A stretch of DNA of 63,912 bases, the filler included, from Octopus bimaculoides (Eukaryota), in NCBI RefSeq assembly GCF_001194135.2. It is 4 parts of 4 records of this genome, joined end to end, with 100 filler letters (N's around TTAATTAATTAA, not from the genome) between each part and the next. Parts side by side here need not be neighbours in the genome. Positions count along the whole stretch, not along the records: positions 59,883 to 63,912 come from NW_026430656.1; 3 more parts are not named here. The stretch is one strand, 5' to 3'. Below the pieces are notes generated by a model. That model saw nothing but the letters and a program-made list of their open reading frames with translations. It was not told the DNA's origin and made no database searches. Positions within the stretch are counted from its first letter, which is position 1; each line of letters begins with the position of its first letter. Shown piece after piece: positions 62,897 to 63,912 of the stretch. The position numbers were made by a program, and so were the translations under genes.

Positions 62897-63912
62897 ATAA
62901 CTATTAAAGACCATAAAAAGAACTTTATATCCAATCCTAAGTGTAGACTTATTAACCCAGCTAAATCAGAGCTTGGCATTATTAGTAAAGAAATTTTAGG
63001 GAAAATTAATGCGGAAGTCAGAAATGCAACTAGGTTAGTACAATGGTCTAATAGTATAGAAGTCGTCGACTGGTTTAAAGGTATTAAGAATAAGAAAAAC
63101 GCGAGATTCACGCAGTTCGATATTGATGATTTTTATGCTTCTATCTCCAAAGAACTGCTAGATAAAGCCCTCACTTTCGCAAGCGGATTTATAGAAATCA
63201 GTACACAGGATAAGGGCATAATCTTCCATGCTAGAAAAACTTTACTCTTCAGCGAGAACGCAGAGTGGGTCAAGACTACCGATACAGAGGGTGCTTTCGA
63301 TGTAAGCATGGGGTCATATGATGGAGCAGGCATATGCGATCTTATTGGACTATTCCTACTAGATACGTTGTGCAAGACCTTTCCTGACGTACACTCCGCA
63401 ATTTATAAAGATGATGGCCTAGCTGTAACCACTAATACAAATGGACCAGCACAAGATCGATTCAGGAAGGATATTATCTATTTGATGAAAACCGTCGGCC
63501 TTAGTATAACCACAGATACCAACCTGACGGTCGTCAACTACCTAGATGTCTCCCTAGATCTAAAGAAGAATATTTATAAACCTTATAGGAAGCCCAACAA
63601 TAGACTTAGTTACATCAATGTGGGTTCCTGCCATCCCCCATAGTGTTTAAAAATTTAGTTAAGAACATTAGTAAAAGAATCTCTAGCCTCTCCTCTGATA
63701 AGGACATTTTCAATAGTGTTGCCCCAGTATATAATAAGGCTCTAAAAGACAGTGGTTTTAACGAGGGAATAACCTATACACCTACCACCAGTCCAGTAGC
63801 AAAAAGAAGAAAGCATAGAAATAGAAAAATTATCTGGTTCACACCCCCCTACTCACCTGAATTGACCTTTAACATAGGCAGATATTTCTTGGCATTGATA
63901 GACAGACACTTT
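62897..63912 (+). pseudogene. Penelope-like reverse transcriptase, frameshifted fragment
   Basis: IKDHKKNF..PKCRLINPAKSELG; motif A QFDIDDFYASIS; motif B MGSYDGAGICDLIG; catalytic IYKDDGL; YLDVSLDL; HPP. A 1-nt shift in the C-run near 63635-63640 continues as IVFKNL..KRISSLSS..KALKDSGF..RKIIWFTPPYS..NIGRYFLALIDRHF. Confidence 0.9.

Larger units (their letters stand above)
59883..63912 (+). mobile_element. Penelope-like retroelement (RT + C-terminal GIY-YIG type), partial tandem array with inverted 5' pLTR
   Basis: Order: inverted pLTR, RT-EN linker fragment, gap, EN C-terminus, 3' pLTR with hammerhead, gap, RT of a further copy running off the window. Confidence 0.88.

Overview
Repeat-saturated, AT-rich, gap-ridden animal genomic DNA. 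The repeat families look like a cephalopod, probably Octopus (recalled similarity, not verified). Three identical synthetic 100-bp spacers (N44-TTAATTAATTAA-N44 at 24163, 51144 and 59783) split the window into four separately assembled blocks, so linkage across them is uncertain. No host protein-coding gene is convincingly supported. Nearly all listed ORFs are microsatellite, gap or SINE artefacts. Real coding remnants are all transposable: a Penelope-like element (RT, GIY-YIG endonuclease tail, inverted and direct pLTR, hammerhead ribozyme) at 59.9-63.9 kb, plus mariner, maT-like, RTE and CR1 fragments. There are also dozens of tRNA-type SINEs, hAT- and piggyBac-type MITEs and microsatellites. 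The most notable signal is at 5.3-6.45 kb: a ~383-bp non-coding unit present three times (one inverted, two tandem), each carrying a 77-nt type I hammerhead ribozyme fold. This is a retrozyme-like self-cleaving repeat that could release a ~383-nt RNA monomer. Further hammerhead motifs and several long foldback structures occur elsewhere in the window.
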